Source: Octopus bimaculoides (lineage: Eukaryota). Taken from it: 64,000 nucleotides of DNA. The translations under genes were made by a program, and so were the position numbers. Below, one piece after another: positions 39,284-51,719 of this stretch. Below the pieces are notes generated by a model. The model searched no databases. It was not told the origin of the DNA and saw only the letters and a list, made by a program, of their open reading frames with translations. Location of the stretch: assembly GCF_001194135.2 (NCBI RefSeq), contig NC_068983.1, positions 143,394,227 to 143,458,226 on the forward strand. The letters are read 5' to 3'. The number at the start of each line of letters is the position of its first letter. The stretch's first letter is position 1.

Positions 39284-39429
39284 CAGTGATGGGCAACGTG
39301 CGACCCGCGGGACTTTATGAACGGCACGCCTAACGAAAAAATTACCTTGAATTTTGTTTGGGCGGCCTTGCTTGATGACGAGTTATGTATCATGCGGTCC
39401 GCTTCCCACCCAAAGGTTACACAAGCCTA
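39284..39429. mobile_element. Short hAT-type MITE
   Basis: Starts cagtgatgggcaacgtgcgacccgcggg; 8-bp flanks tcctaagc / ttctaagc; 3' TIR decayed. Confidence 0.55.
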
Positions 39430-40543
39430 TTCTAAGCGGTTACTCGAACAGCTAGAAATAACTCACTACTGTTTTAGGATCTGTGAAAACGAAAAGATAC
39501 ACGGGCCAATTACAAGTTGACTACACTTTTGGTGGTTTGAGTGACAAGGTAGCATCTTATTCTGTGCATAACAAATAATGCAACAGACTGGTTTTTTTCG
39601 CTTATATTTATACCCATTACCGACAAACATCAGTAAAACTCAGAAACACTCAACAAGCCTGTACAGTTACCACCAAGTATTGGTCAAACTAAGTTTATGG
39701 TAGAAGTGCCGCTCACTAAGATCGACCCTGGGGGTGAAAGTAAAATATACGTACACTCGGTGGTTAGGGTTAGGATTTTTGTTGCGCCGAAAACGGATGG
39801 TGTACGTATTTTTAAGCTCCGTCGACCCTGAATCTACGTTGTTACGAAGTGAACTTAACCGCTCGAAAATGAATAGTAGAAGAATAAATAAAAATGAATA
39901 AAAAAAAAAGACCAAAAAACTGCGAACACCTTGTTCAAGTGCTGAGTGGGTGAGTTTTAATAAGCTCTGGTTTCTGGCGGAAGTTATACGAGACGTTAAG
40001 TCAAAATTGGACAGCATTCAGAGAGAACTATTTTGAAATATACGAAATTGATAATTCCATTCTAGTAAATAAGAAGTGTGAGGGGGGAGAATAGAATACG
40101 CATTTCCACTTATAAAAAATAAAACAGATCTAATTTCTAATTGTTGGCTTTACTATTTCATTTTAATAACTAGTAAACAACCTCTCAAAGACATGAGTAA
40201 TTTTATCCCTGACATAACATACCAAATACATTTCTGAAAGAAAAAAAAAAAAGAATCAGTATTTAACATGGACACGTGAGAACAGGATGTAAATTCACTT
40301 CAGTAAATTCTTGAGGAAAGTGTCCATTGAAAATATGGTTGCTCCCGATGGAGTGACACAGGAAAACTTCCCGGAAAATAAATAAAAGTTTTAGCAATTA
40401 CATCAGGAAAATAATGTAAATCTCTAATTGGCGAGCTTTCGAAATAGCTACCACAACTTCACGGAGAAGGGAAAGGGTGGGGACTTAGGTGACCGTTTCC
40501 TTTAATGAAAGAATCTTTTACATTTGACTTCTCTCAATTCCAT

Positions 40544-41098
40544 GGATCTTTTTTAAAACGGGGGCCACATTTTTCATTAATGTTTTACGTAGTGTTTTTG
40601 GTACCGAAAGACTTTCAAATTTCGTATACTTATCTATTTTGTGTAATAGAACAGAAAAATATTTTTGTATTCGAATTTATTTCATGTAAAAAAATTGTCT
40701 TATTTCGATAATTTCAACCAATCACTGACAAGTATTCAGTTGTTTATATTTACTCCTTTGGCTGATTAAGCGGTGTAAAGCGTATTTAATTTCCATAGCT
40801 TCGTTTTGCTTTTTTCTTTTTAAATTTGCTGTTTTACCCTAACCCTAACACTGATAGAATTGTTTCAGAATCGTTTGTTTATGTAGTCGGCACTTAATGT
40901 ATATCGGCTGAATGGACGTCAGTGATTGGTTGAAATTACAGAAATACGACAACTTTAACATGGAATAACTTATAGATTTCTTTTTTTTTTTAAGAAGACT
41001 AAGAGAAAAAGATGTTTTATATGACACATTCTACCAGTGTTCCAAGTTTCAAAGTGTTTCGTTAATGAAAAATGTGGCCCCCGTTTTAAAAAAGATCC
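40544..41098. mobile_element. MITE with perfect 37-bp TIRs
   Basis: ggatcttttttaaaacgggggccacatttttcattaa 40544-40580 and its exact reverse complement 41062-41098; internal inverted pair atttcaaccaatcactgac / gtcagtgattggttgaaat. Confidence 0.85.
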
Positions 41099-41939
41099 TC
41101 AATAAGATTGTAGGAAGAAAATAGTTTATGCCATTGTTGCCGAAATTACATCATCACCACTATCATCATTATGCTATTATTATACTCAGAAGAGAAAAGA
41201 ATGTATGTAAACAAATAGTTCTTTATAAATCTGGTCACTGAGTTTAAGATTATAGTAAATAATATAAAACAATACACAAGTGAACTGAAGTGAATAACCA
41301 AAATTAGAATAATTGAAATAGCATACAACTAAATCAGTAATATAATAACCCCCAACTCACACATAAATCATTAAAGCCATATACATGAACAAAAAAGAAA
41401 AGTTTGTTCTTTTTTATTGATAGACCAATGCTTTTCAAAAACTGTGTCAAGAAATTTATCCTTCAATGTCAGAATATTTAATCTTCGATTTTGCACAAAT
41501 GCATATTAAAATTAAATATCAATTATCTATCGTCTGAATTTCTGAGAGGAGGAATTAATCATAATTACACATTAATATATTCGAGCGTGTTTCCTCGTCT
41601 TGGTTGTTACGATTACAATTCGCCTACTGCACCTGATTCAGCCTTCTTTATAAGTCTGTTGAAATTGAGGTAGATTATCTTCATTGATATCCATAAAAGG
41701 GATATTTTTTTTTTATTAGCTATTCTAATTGTGAGATCGCTTGCTCGATCTGATTGAAGTAATGTATATTAGGATACGAGTGCGCACATAACTTTGTTTT
41801 AGCAAACTGCAGAATAATATTAGTTCATAATAAAGTTAGTCAGAAGATATAATGGAATTGTTCCTTTGTTTCTATGCAAGTACAGAAAGTCTTCGAATTT
41901 TCCAAGGAAATGGAATGAAATTAAATCAAATAAAATACA

Positions 41940-42038
41940 ATATTTACGTCATTACATTTAAGAATTTGTTGAAAGCTTAAGTTTCTACGGTAGAAGCACA
42001 AGTTCTGAATAAATTCTTAAAAGTAATGACGTAAATAT
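41940..42038. mobile_element. 99-bp hairpin MITE
   Basis: 28-bp inverted arms atatttacgtcattacatttaagaattt / aaattcttaaaagtaatgacgtaaatat with one mismatch. Confidence 0.75.
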
Positions 42039-42138
42039 GTTAATTTTATTATACTTCATTGGAAAACTAAAAACTTGGTGTAATTTATACAAATAACCTG
42101 AGAAAAAATTCCTTAATTTCCTCTTACTACTCCCCACC

Positions 42139-42142
<4 letters not shown>

Positions 42143-42194
<52 letters not shown>
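42143..42194. repeat. (TA)n microsatellite
   Basis: Direct sequence. Confidence 0.95.
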
Positions 42195-42195
<1 letters not shown>

Positions 42196-44420
42196 TGGAG
42201 ACCTCAGCAAACTAGCAAATGTGGAACACTGTTGGTTGCGGTCAAGAGTACGGCAGTCAATTCAGACGGACTAAGTGGCATCGAGTAACATTGGCAGGCG
42301 GTAAAGAAGGCAATCATCCCTGCTGCTAAGGAGACCCTAGGGCCCTGTCAGCTAGACGAAAGACAACGCCTGCACCAGCGACATCTACAGGAGAAGTCAG
42401 AAGTGCAGGGTCGCTTTTCCTGAAATTAAGTTCAAAGTGTAGAGAAGTGAGATTGTTGAAGAACGACTAGTGACGCAAGTAGGTAGGAGTTTTGCAGAGC
42501 ATGGCTGACAAGCACGACTACCACGGGCTGTTTACGGGACTGAAAATCATCTATGGTCCCCGGAGTAACACAGTGACACCAATCAAGTCAGTAGACGGGA
42601 GAAAACTACACACCGACCTTCAGGAGATCAGAGTTAAGTGGAAGGAACATTTCTGTAATCTACTCAAATCAGCAAAGATCCATTCAACCAGATGTCTGCA
42701 AATGGCTAGAGTGGCACCAGAGATAGATGATCTCTGCCATGAGATCCCCATGAGGGAGAAAGTCTTGAAGGTTAGGGCAAATCGCAAGACACCAGGCCAG
42801 GATGATGAGCCCTTAAACGTGTTCGCAAAAACTCCACCATGAGCTGTTGAGACAGTACAAGACTTGTCTTTCTTATGAGTGTGTACCCCAGAACTTCAAG
42901 GACATCCTGATAGTCACCATTTACAAAATGAAGTGGGGTGGAGCAGAATATGGGAACCACCGGAGCATTTCTTTGTTGGCAAGGTACTGGCAAAAATCTT
43001 TCTCAACCGACTGAAAAGCATCTCAGAACAGGTCTTACTAAAGAGCCAATGTGGCTTCGGGCCAGAGAGATCAATTACGAACATGATCTTCACACTGCGA
43101 CAGCTGCAAGAGAAAGCAGGCAGCGGAGTAACACCAATCCCTCTTCGTGGTGTTTGTGGACTTTTCCAAGGCATTCGATACGGCGGGCCGAGAAACTCTT
43201 TGGAAAGTACTAGAGACTTATGAATGCCCTGAGAAGCTTGTTAACATCAAGCAGTTCTACGCAGGAATGAAAGGACTAGTCTTGGCGGAGAATTTAGTGA
43301 AGCGTTTGCAACCAACCACGGTGTGTGCTTGCCCCTACATTCTTTCTTTATCTCGCAGCTGTGCTTGATACTACGAGGGTCAATTTGCACAATGGAGTTT
43401 TCATCCACACTAAAACCGAGTTCAATTTGGCCTGTCTTCGTCCCTCCACCAAAATCAGGGAAATGTGTGTCAAAGAGACTCAGCAACATTGAGGACATGC
43501 AATACATTGTGAACTGGTTTTCTTGTGCAGCAAACAAGTTTGGCCTCAAGATTAACACTTCGAAAACTGAATTTCTCTACTAGTCTCCACCAAGATGTCC
43601 TAATAGATTGAGAGAGCCTGAGCCAATGGCAGTACACGGAGATCCCCCAAAGTACACCAAGTCCCTTACCTATCTAGTCTGCGCAAGGATTTGCACTAAC
43701 TCTTCTGACCTCGAAGTTGAGAGAGGAATACAGCCTGTCACAAAAGCTTTTGGCTCTCTCAAGAAGCATCTATAGAGCTACCATGACACTGCCCACAACA
43801 CGAAGATAAAAGAATACAGTGCCGCAGTGCTCCCTTGCCTCCTCCATGTCATGGAATCCATGGCCCTCTACCACAGGAACGTCAAGGCCCTGACGCACGT
43901 TCAACTTCGTAATCTGTGTTCTATCTTGCATATCAGATGGCAGGATCGCATAGCTGATGCAGAGGTCCTGTGCAGCACTGGCGCAGGTACTGTGGAGGTT
44001 CTCATTACCTCATCGCAGCTGTGCTGGGCAGGACATGTTTGCAGGATGGAGAGCGGTAGGATCCCAAAGGCTGTTTTCTATGGTAAACTGTGTCGGAGTA
44101 GGTGGAGCCGTGGTGACCTGAGGTTGCTATACAGGGATGTACTGAAGAGATATGGAGAATTCCGACATCTCCCCAGGCACTTGGGAGTAGAAGACTGTGA
44201 CGCTGAAGCTCGTAATTCCAGGCATTGAGGAGAGACAACAGAGAGAATACGAAAGAGCACAGAAAACGCATCATTCCGTTGCGTCAAGTGGCTTCACCTG
44301 CAGCTGATGTCATCGCTGCTGCATATCATCAAGAGGAGGCCTTGTAGCCCACATGCAAGTTTGGCAGAGAGGATTACTGAACAATAATTCACGTCGACCT
44401 ACGACAAACAGCTTTAGAAG
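42195..44420 (+). mobile_element. RTE/BovB-like LINE, frameshifted and internally deleted
   Basis: GKVLAKIFLNRL..SQCGF..MIFTLRQLQEK, VFVDFSKAFDT, FGLKINTSKTE, LHIRWQDRI..QLCWAGHVCRMESGRIPKAVFYG across ORFs 42492-44228; the central RT motif region is not seen. Confidence 0.9.
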
Positions 44421-44479
44421 AATATTTCTCTCTCACTCTCTCCCTCCCTCTCATATAACAGGGTCAATGGCGATTGATA

Positions 44480-44680
44480 GTTGATAGCCAAAGGGATACA
44501 ATCTCCTTTGTTGACGTCAACCTCTCAGAGTGTAATGGATGCTTTTAAGTGCCACCGGCACGGGTGCCAGTTATGTGACACCAGCATCAGCCATGACTAC
44601 GATTTCACTTGGCTTGACGGGTCTTCTCAAGCACAGCAGATTGCCAAAGGTTGCGCTCACCAGTCATTGCTTCTATGAGA
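44480..44680 (-). mobile_element. RTE 3'UTR fragment, inverted
   Basis: gccatgactacgatttcacttggcttgacgggtcttctcaagcacagc..ttgccaaagg is the reverse complement of 27100-27180. Confidence 0.65.
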
Positions 44681-44686
44681 TGAGAT

Positions 44687-44734
<48 letters not shown>

Positions 44735-45664
44735 CACATTGTTTGCAAGTAGATAAATGATGATGTATGTGTGAATGACGTACGCACAACTTTTCAATGA
44801 AATAAGATTCCCCCTTAGAGACGGAGTTGAGGTGGAGGGAAAAAGAGATCATTGTTGGTGGCTATTAGAGAAAAGGAAAGACACTGAAGATTTTAGGAAT
44901 TAATTTTATAAAAAAACAATTTTGCCTGCTGAAGTGTGTAGGTGGAAATCTAATGTCTGTTAGCAGATTAGGTAACAACTACAGACACTTCCGTCTTATT
45001 TGACCAAAACAGCGAGTCTTCACGAGAAAACTTTAATGTTTCATTAATCTATTCTATTTAGTATACGTATTAAGTAAAATTTTTCATTATTTGAAATTAC
45101 TCGCTGAAAGACTTTATCAGGGACATATCAAAGAAAAGTTTCGAAAATCCTTCGTTGATATACTACCTTATAAACCTCTCTCTACCAAGAAAGGTTAAGT
45201 AACGGAAGAGCTGTTTTTATCAACAACAATATAAATAAATGTGCCCTAATTTTTAACAGGGGTATTGAGTCATCTGCAGTAGAGACCGCTTTCCTGTCGT
45301 GTGCTAAGGTCAAGTCAATTTGGCAGAGGTTATCTCTATCAAAGCTATTAGCTATTGTCGGAAATAAAATATGAAAAGAAACATCGCTAAACAGGCAGCC
45401 AAGTTTTACAAAACACACGCACGCACACACACACGCACACGCACACGCACACACACACACACACACCAATAGGCAATAAGTGTAAATTAACAATTAATTA
45501 ATCGCATCGCTTCTAATTAAGTGCGAGTCAATACATCAGTGGCAAATTCAACGTCATGCTTTTTGTCTGCTGAGTAAATACACAGCTAAACATTTTACAT
45601 TTTTATGCACTGAATAAATGTTTCATTTCCTTAATGAAATAAAAATTAAACTAAAAATTTATTT

Positions 45665-45890
45665 ATCATCATCATCGTTTAACGTCCACTTTTCCATGCT
45701 TGCAAGGATCAGACGGGATTTATTGAAGCAGATTTTCCAGTCAGATGCCCTTCCTGTCGCCAAGCTTTACACGTTTCCAAGCTAAGTTATTTTTTCCCCG
45801 TTTACAGACATGTTTTTCATGGCAGACTGGGAATGAACAGCATCGCATATATAACGGTGATACCTATTCACAATCATCACACGATGTCAA
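45665..45890 (-). mobile_element. RTE-like 3' tail, inverted
   Basis: catcatcatcgtttaacgtccactttccatgcttgc...gatgcccttcctgtcgcca. Confidence 0.65.
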
Positions 45891-47279
45891 GTGTACATAC
45901 AATTTTTTTTTTTAAATCACCGTTATTTCTAAAAATAGAATCATTTAAAAAATAAAAATAACGCTGTTTTAAACTAAAGGAGGCANNNNNNNNNNNNNNN
46001 NNNNNNNNNNNNNNNNNNNNNNGGGGGGGGGGAGCATTCTCAAAAAGCAAATTGCCGCAGCAATATTTCGCGATTTTGGTTTTCTTTCTTAACGAAATTT
46101 TTGATCTGTGATATACTGTTCTATTATTACTTCTTTCCCGAAAGCGGCGAGTTAGCAGAATCATAACTGCGTCGGACTTGCGATATTTATTTGACTCTTT
46201 ACTTTCCAAGTTCAAATACCATGCAGGTCAACTGTACTTTTCATTCTTTCCGGTCGATAAAATAAACCAGCAGTTAGGTTCCCTCTCACTGAAATTGCTG
46301 GACTTGTGCCCAAATTTGAAACAATTACTTCCTAATGATTCCATTCATTTTCAAGATGTCTAAATGTTTGTCTTTGATTTCACCCCCCTCCTTTTTCATT
46401 GAAATATGACATTTGCTCTACGAATAATGCTATGACGGTGAATTTTTACCGATGTATTGGCTCACTATGTAATTACCTTGGGATAAAATTACCGGGTGAT
46501 GAAATTACATGCCATGCAATTTATACAAACTGACACCTTCCCTTCAGTTGAGCATGCATGTGCGCGCGCGCGAGCGTTCCCTATAACATTAATGATATGA
46601 CCTGACTATTTAAGATACAAAATATGACCTGACTGTATTTAAGATACAAAAAAAAAATAAGTATCCAATTATATTTTTCCTTTTTGACGTTAAATTAAAG
46701 TGTACACTAATGTAAACATCTTTTTCATTACTGTTACAATTTCTCCGTTAACAAATAGGCTAACTAGGTGACTATGTGACCTAGCTTTTATTTGCTTAAA
46801 AAGTAGATAAGACAGAAGAAAATTATGAGAGAAGAAGGAGAGGGAACAGAGAGAGTGAGATTACTTTTCAAGAACATAACCTTTTCAATCCAAGGAGGTC
46901 AAGCCTTAGTTGCTAAAACTGTTTATCAACAGAATTAAATTGATAAGAATTTTGGTACAACTTTTTATTAAAGACAAGTTTTAACTGTATTTGTCTCCTC
47001 GACAAGAGTAGATAGCTTGCTTACGTGTTTCAATTAATACAAGATAATCAAGAATTTAGAGGAGTCTAGCATCATAATCATCTGAGTTTGGTAGTACATT
47101 AAGCTGGAATTCTGAACACAACTTCTAAAATAAAACATTCTCATATGAAAGTTTTAAGTATCGAAATACCAGTGTTGTTTTTATAATTAGATATAAGATT
47201 TGAAGGCATACCTACACAAGTGTTAACCCCTCCCCGCTACGATTTTGTTTCCTCATAACTTTCAGAGAAATGCGTATCT

Positions 47280-47540
47280 TTTAATGAAATTTTCTACAAA
47301 TACTTTACAGATGGTGTATACTATGATTATATCGGAATTTAATGTGAAAATAAAATCAGTCGGCGCGCACACAATCATATATTATCTACAAAATGAAACT
47401 TGAAATTTTGAAAACATTATGTGATGTGAAGTGTATTTGTACGTGTGCGCGCCCACCGATTATGCTTTTTCACGTTAAATTTCGATATAATCGTAATTTA
47501 CATTATCTGGAAGGCATTTGTAGAAAATTTCAGTATAAAA
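47280..47540. mobile_element. Foldback element / MITE with ~90-bp imperfect inverted arms
   Basis: aaattttctacaaat..gattatatcggaatttaatgtgaaaa..gtcggcgcgcacac versus gtgtgcgcgcccaccgat..ttttcacgttaaatttcgatataatc..atttgtagaaaattt. Confidence 0.7.
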
Positions 47541-50034
47541 AAAAAAAAACCCTATTTTTCACAAATTTATGTAAAGACGAAGTCGGTGGTGAGGGTATAT
47601 CATACTGAAAATAGGTGGTTTCAGACAGAGACCCAGGGCCATTCCAAGCAAGGCGATACAGAAAGGGTTTTAAAGAATCTCATGGATTAATTCACTCCTC
47701 AACTTTGCTATACACAAAATCTTTTTATATACATACAACAACACTCAAAGTGATAGTTTTGTCTATATACGGTTAAGAACTTTCACAGCATGAGAAATTA
47801 ACTGTTTAGATAGATTTCTTATCCCAGACTTACTGAACATCTTTCAAATCCCAGCAACGGAAGAAAGTACGAAATTGTACATTTAGCACTATGCTGCATC
47901 TTAAATTCCATTGTTCAATCACCTTGATGTATACCGACTTAGAAAAATTTCACAAACCATGTGTAACATTGAAGAGTCTTCCATTGGAACTCTATTGTAA
48001 TTAAATCTATACATGTTCCACATTGTATTAACACCTTGTAAAAAAACACATTTATCTGTAAACAAAACGTAAATACAGATATAAAAGAAATTCGAAGATA
48101 AGGCAATTTCCTCATCTCTCATTCCCTCACAAAGTATTGTTAATATATGGCAAGAACAATTTTACTTTCAAATGTTGGTCTCCTCTTGATTAAGTATTGG
48201 AGCTCTGCAGTTACAAGCCGTAGCCATTTCTTCAATGATTCAAATATTCATTCTCAAGCCAACAAGGGGAGTGAGCCTCTTTGTTATGGCTTCACATGCG
48301 AAAAATTGCAGCTAATTCTCTCCCTCATAATACTATCATTTAAAAGAAAAATAACTCTCATTGGATGTCATCCTAGATTGACTATATCAGAATAAAAGAC
48401 GTAGTAGTTAAGTAAATTAATTATATTCACTTATTGTTTTGATATTTTAATTACTTTTTGAGGTGGTTTTGTCTACTAATTACGAGGTTTATCTAAGTTT
48501 TTCAACTCATACTACATATGTAAGAGGCTAGCAAAGGATTTGTATATTAATACAATCCAAAATACCCGGCGTTACCAAAGGTGAAGTCTTGAGATATATG
48601 TCGGAACGTAATTTAAAGTATAATAAAGTTTCTGGATAAACATCTTTTGATTTCCGACTAAATGAGGTAAACCTAGGTAGTTCTCGATGCGAATCAGAAC
48701 CGGATTACAGGTTCAATCCACAGAAGATTCTCCAGTTCTTCACCCCCTAACCCTGCTCGGTAGTGACCACGATTTGCATAAGCAAGCCAATCTAATCTTA
48801 TGATTTTGCAGACTTATGTCGATTTTGTTATCGTTTGGTCTCCAGGTCAACGCTGATCCAACAATCCTGTAATCGAACATAATTCAAGCGTGTCTTTTTC
48901 TTCTTCGTTAGGCAGAGTACAATTAACGCAACATTATCCAAAGGTCATTTTCTCACACAGTAGGACGAAATTTGAGGACAATTTGGTTGCTACTTTCCTA
49001 TTGCCACTGGGTCGAACAACTATGTTGATTTTCGGAAAAGAGATAACAGAGAAGAAGCAATGCGGAACGAACACACACGCAGGACAATAGACGGAGGAAG
49101 GTAGGATTAGATTCAAGAGGAAATGATAAAATGAGAAGGCGCTATATTGCCCCACATGTGATATAGAATTGAGAATTACAAAAGCAGTAATTTACAAGCA
49201 AACCGGAATATTAAAAACTCTTATGTTTCTTTTCTTTTTCTTTATGTAGCCTTACAAACTTAGTGGCTATTGACTGCATAAAATCTTATAGATAAATGGT
49301 AATTTCTGTTTGTTACTATCTTGTTGCCTATACCAATGAACCAATCTTGAAGAAATTTTGCATACATGTTAAACTAACATCCAGTTGAATTATAGGCTAA
49401 CTGGATTTCAAAAAAAAAAAACTACAATGGGCCCCCTAAGGGGTGGCTGTAACTCATGTTTACAAATCAATAGCACATCTGATATGAATTAAGTAAGGCT
49501 TCTGTAAGGCTCAACCATGCACTCCTTCATGTAAACAGCGAGCGACCTTTGTGAGAACAAATCCAAAAAGGAAAACAATTCTACATGCAGCGCCCGTACG
49601 ACACGCTAAGGTCACATGGGTATACTAAGGTCACACGGTCAATTGCAGGATTCGTGGAAAGGATATGGAACAATGAAATGAAAAATGACCTGGAAGTTGG
49701 TTCACCATGAGATTAATTTGAAGAATTAAACCCAAATCACCATAACATACTAATTATTTTTTATCGCGCAACACGAGATATGGCCACGCTACGATAAATT
49801 ACGACACGCAACAATGCCAAACTATTTGTCAATGCATTTGTAAATCTATTTATCTAATTTATTTTACTCAAATGTATATTCGTTTGTTAAAATAATATAG
49901 AGACATTCCTTATCCACCCACTAATCGTATTAATAGTTTGTAATACCTGTTTTTAGCAATAAACTATTACCATAAAGATTAAAATATTTAATGGCTTAAT
50001 TACACCTAACTAATTCTAAAATTTATATATTGAC

Positions 50035-50145
50035 ATAGGAATAGGAGCGGAACTAAAACGGGAACGGAATAGGATATGAAACATGGGAACAGGAACTGGA
50101 AATAACCCACGTTTTTCCAGGGTATTCCCGGGTAATTTAGCTAGT
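50035..50145 (+). mobile_element. Possible non-autonomous Helitron 3' end
   Basis: GGAAC/GGAAT repeats, then a GC hairpin ccagggtattcccgg (~50117-50131) and CTAG|T at 50141-50145. Confidence 0.4.
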
Positions 50146-50527
50146 ATATACGCATATAACAGAGTCTTTCACTCGAAAATAGATAAGCAAAGACAATATA
50201 TATCAGCAGATTCGATGAAGCTCTGGGCCAAATTCCTTACGGTGTTTAGTTACAACCCTTTATATTTTGAGCTCAAATTTACGTGTCTTTCGTTCTTCAG
50301 GGATCGGCAAAAACTACCATTCAAGAACTAGATATATTCGACTGTTCGCCTCCCACAAAATATGTGGAGTTGTACTTCTGTAAGAAACCATTATTATAAT
50401 ACACATCCATACATAATTATTATATTAATTACGCTTACAGAGGGTGCTTAAGTTCGTTTCTATATTGTTTCTGTTGTGACATTTTATGTTCAATAAGCCT
50501 TAAATAAGGTTCTACACGTTAATCTTT

Positions 50528-50726
50528 AATGATTGGTCGTTTGACCTATCACGTGAATTTGGAACATTTGGTTGAGCCTCGTATTTTGATTGGCCGAGTA
50601 TTGCGCGGGATATGGATCTGACGTTTAATCACGTTGTGCTTAATACATCCTCAAACAATTAATCTGAATCATCGCTAGAACCTACACTCTGCTTATAAAT
50701 AGTTATGTCAAATCATTTGAGCAGTG
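50528..50726 (+). promoter_or_regulatory. Pol II promoter: 2x CCAAT (reverse), E-box, CRE half-site, TATA, Inr-like
   Basis: ATTGG 50532-36 and 50589-93, TCACGTGA 50549-56, TGACG 50619-23, TATAAATA 50694-50701, GCAGTG with its A 29 nt after the TATA start; CpG-rich unique sequence. Confidence 0.65.
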
Positions 50727-50857
50727 AGAAGAGAGATTTCCTAGAGCACGCGTCATATTTTCCTGCTGTTACAACGAAGCACTTGTAACCAACGATAATT
50801 CAGAGTTGATTTATCCGAACCGAATCTGTGGTGTGTTATTTCACAACAATCGGAGCC

Positions 50858-50956
50858 ATGCCTCATGCGGCCCCATGCATGTTCTCTGATATACTAAAAG
50901 AGGAGGTTGTTGCCACTGGAACAGTTTTTCATCATATGTTGTCCGATCCGCGCTGA
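50858..50956 (+). CDS. 32-aa upstream ORF MPHAAPCMFSDILKEEVVATGTVFHHMLSDPR*
   Basis: First ATG after the predicted TSS, in gccATG context; not in the ORF track because it is under 60 aa. Confidence 0.4.
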   Translation: MPHAAPCMFSDILKEEVVATGTVFHHMLSDPR

Positions 50957-51020
50957 GTTTAAGCTAAGCAACGATGACCAAAGTTTCGGGCCTATCGACA
51001 CTTTGCGAGCAGTGATAAAA

Positions 51021-51054
51021 ATGGATTTTGAGAAACATGGGTATGCTAAGATCC
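51021..51054 (+). CDS. Candidate first coding segment MDFEKHGYAKI ending at a splice donor
   Basis: aaaATGG start; donors GG|GTATGC (after 51040) and CC|GTGAGT (after 51054); downstream exons not confidently identified. Confidence 0.35.
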
Positions 51055-51719
51055 GTGAGTCTGGAGTTAGACACTATAAACCTCTTTCTCCCGCCCGTGA
51101 AGTGAAAAATTGAACTCCGTCCATCTGTATGGTCACCAACACTATCATTTCCATCAATGCTTCTAAATGAACCTGGATAGTCAAGAATTGGTTCTCCTTC
51201 CCCACATCACGATTTGTGGCCTCCTGCCTGTTGGATATTACTAATTATATTAAGAGTGGTCATATTCTTATCGAAACCAACAAGATCGATATTCTATTAT
51301 CTTTATTATATATTTATTTTTTTTATCTAAATAACTATATGGACTAGTGCCCATCTATATTTTGGCAGTTTAGGATGAAATTCGAACCAACTACTTTCAT
51401 TGTTGATAATCCATCGAGTTTTGTTTACCTCTCCTGTTTAACACCAGGTCAGCCCTATTTGAATAGACAAGCGATTAAAGAGCGTCTAGCTGTGATTATC
51501 GGTGTATTGAAGACCACATTTTTCAATGTGTCCCATCCTTCAAGATAGACGGGTATGTTTTTGTGTGTGCGGATTTGGCTGATATTTCTAGTAAAAAGAA
51601 CGGCCACACAGAGGCTTCCTCGCTGGACTGTATCTATTTAAATGCTATAATTTGTTACCACAGTACAGTTTCCTCTCTCTGCACTGTTTCTGTATATATT
51701 TATTTACAATGCAAATAAG

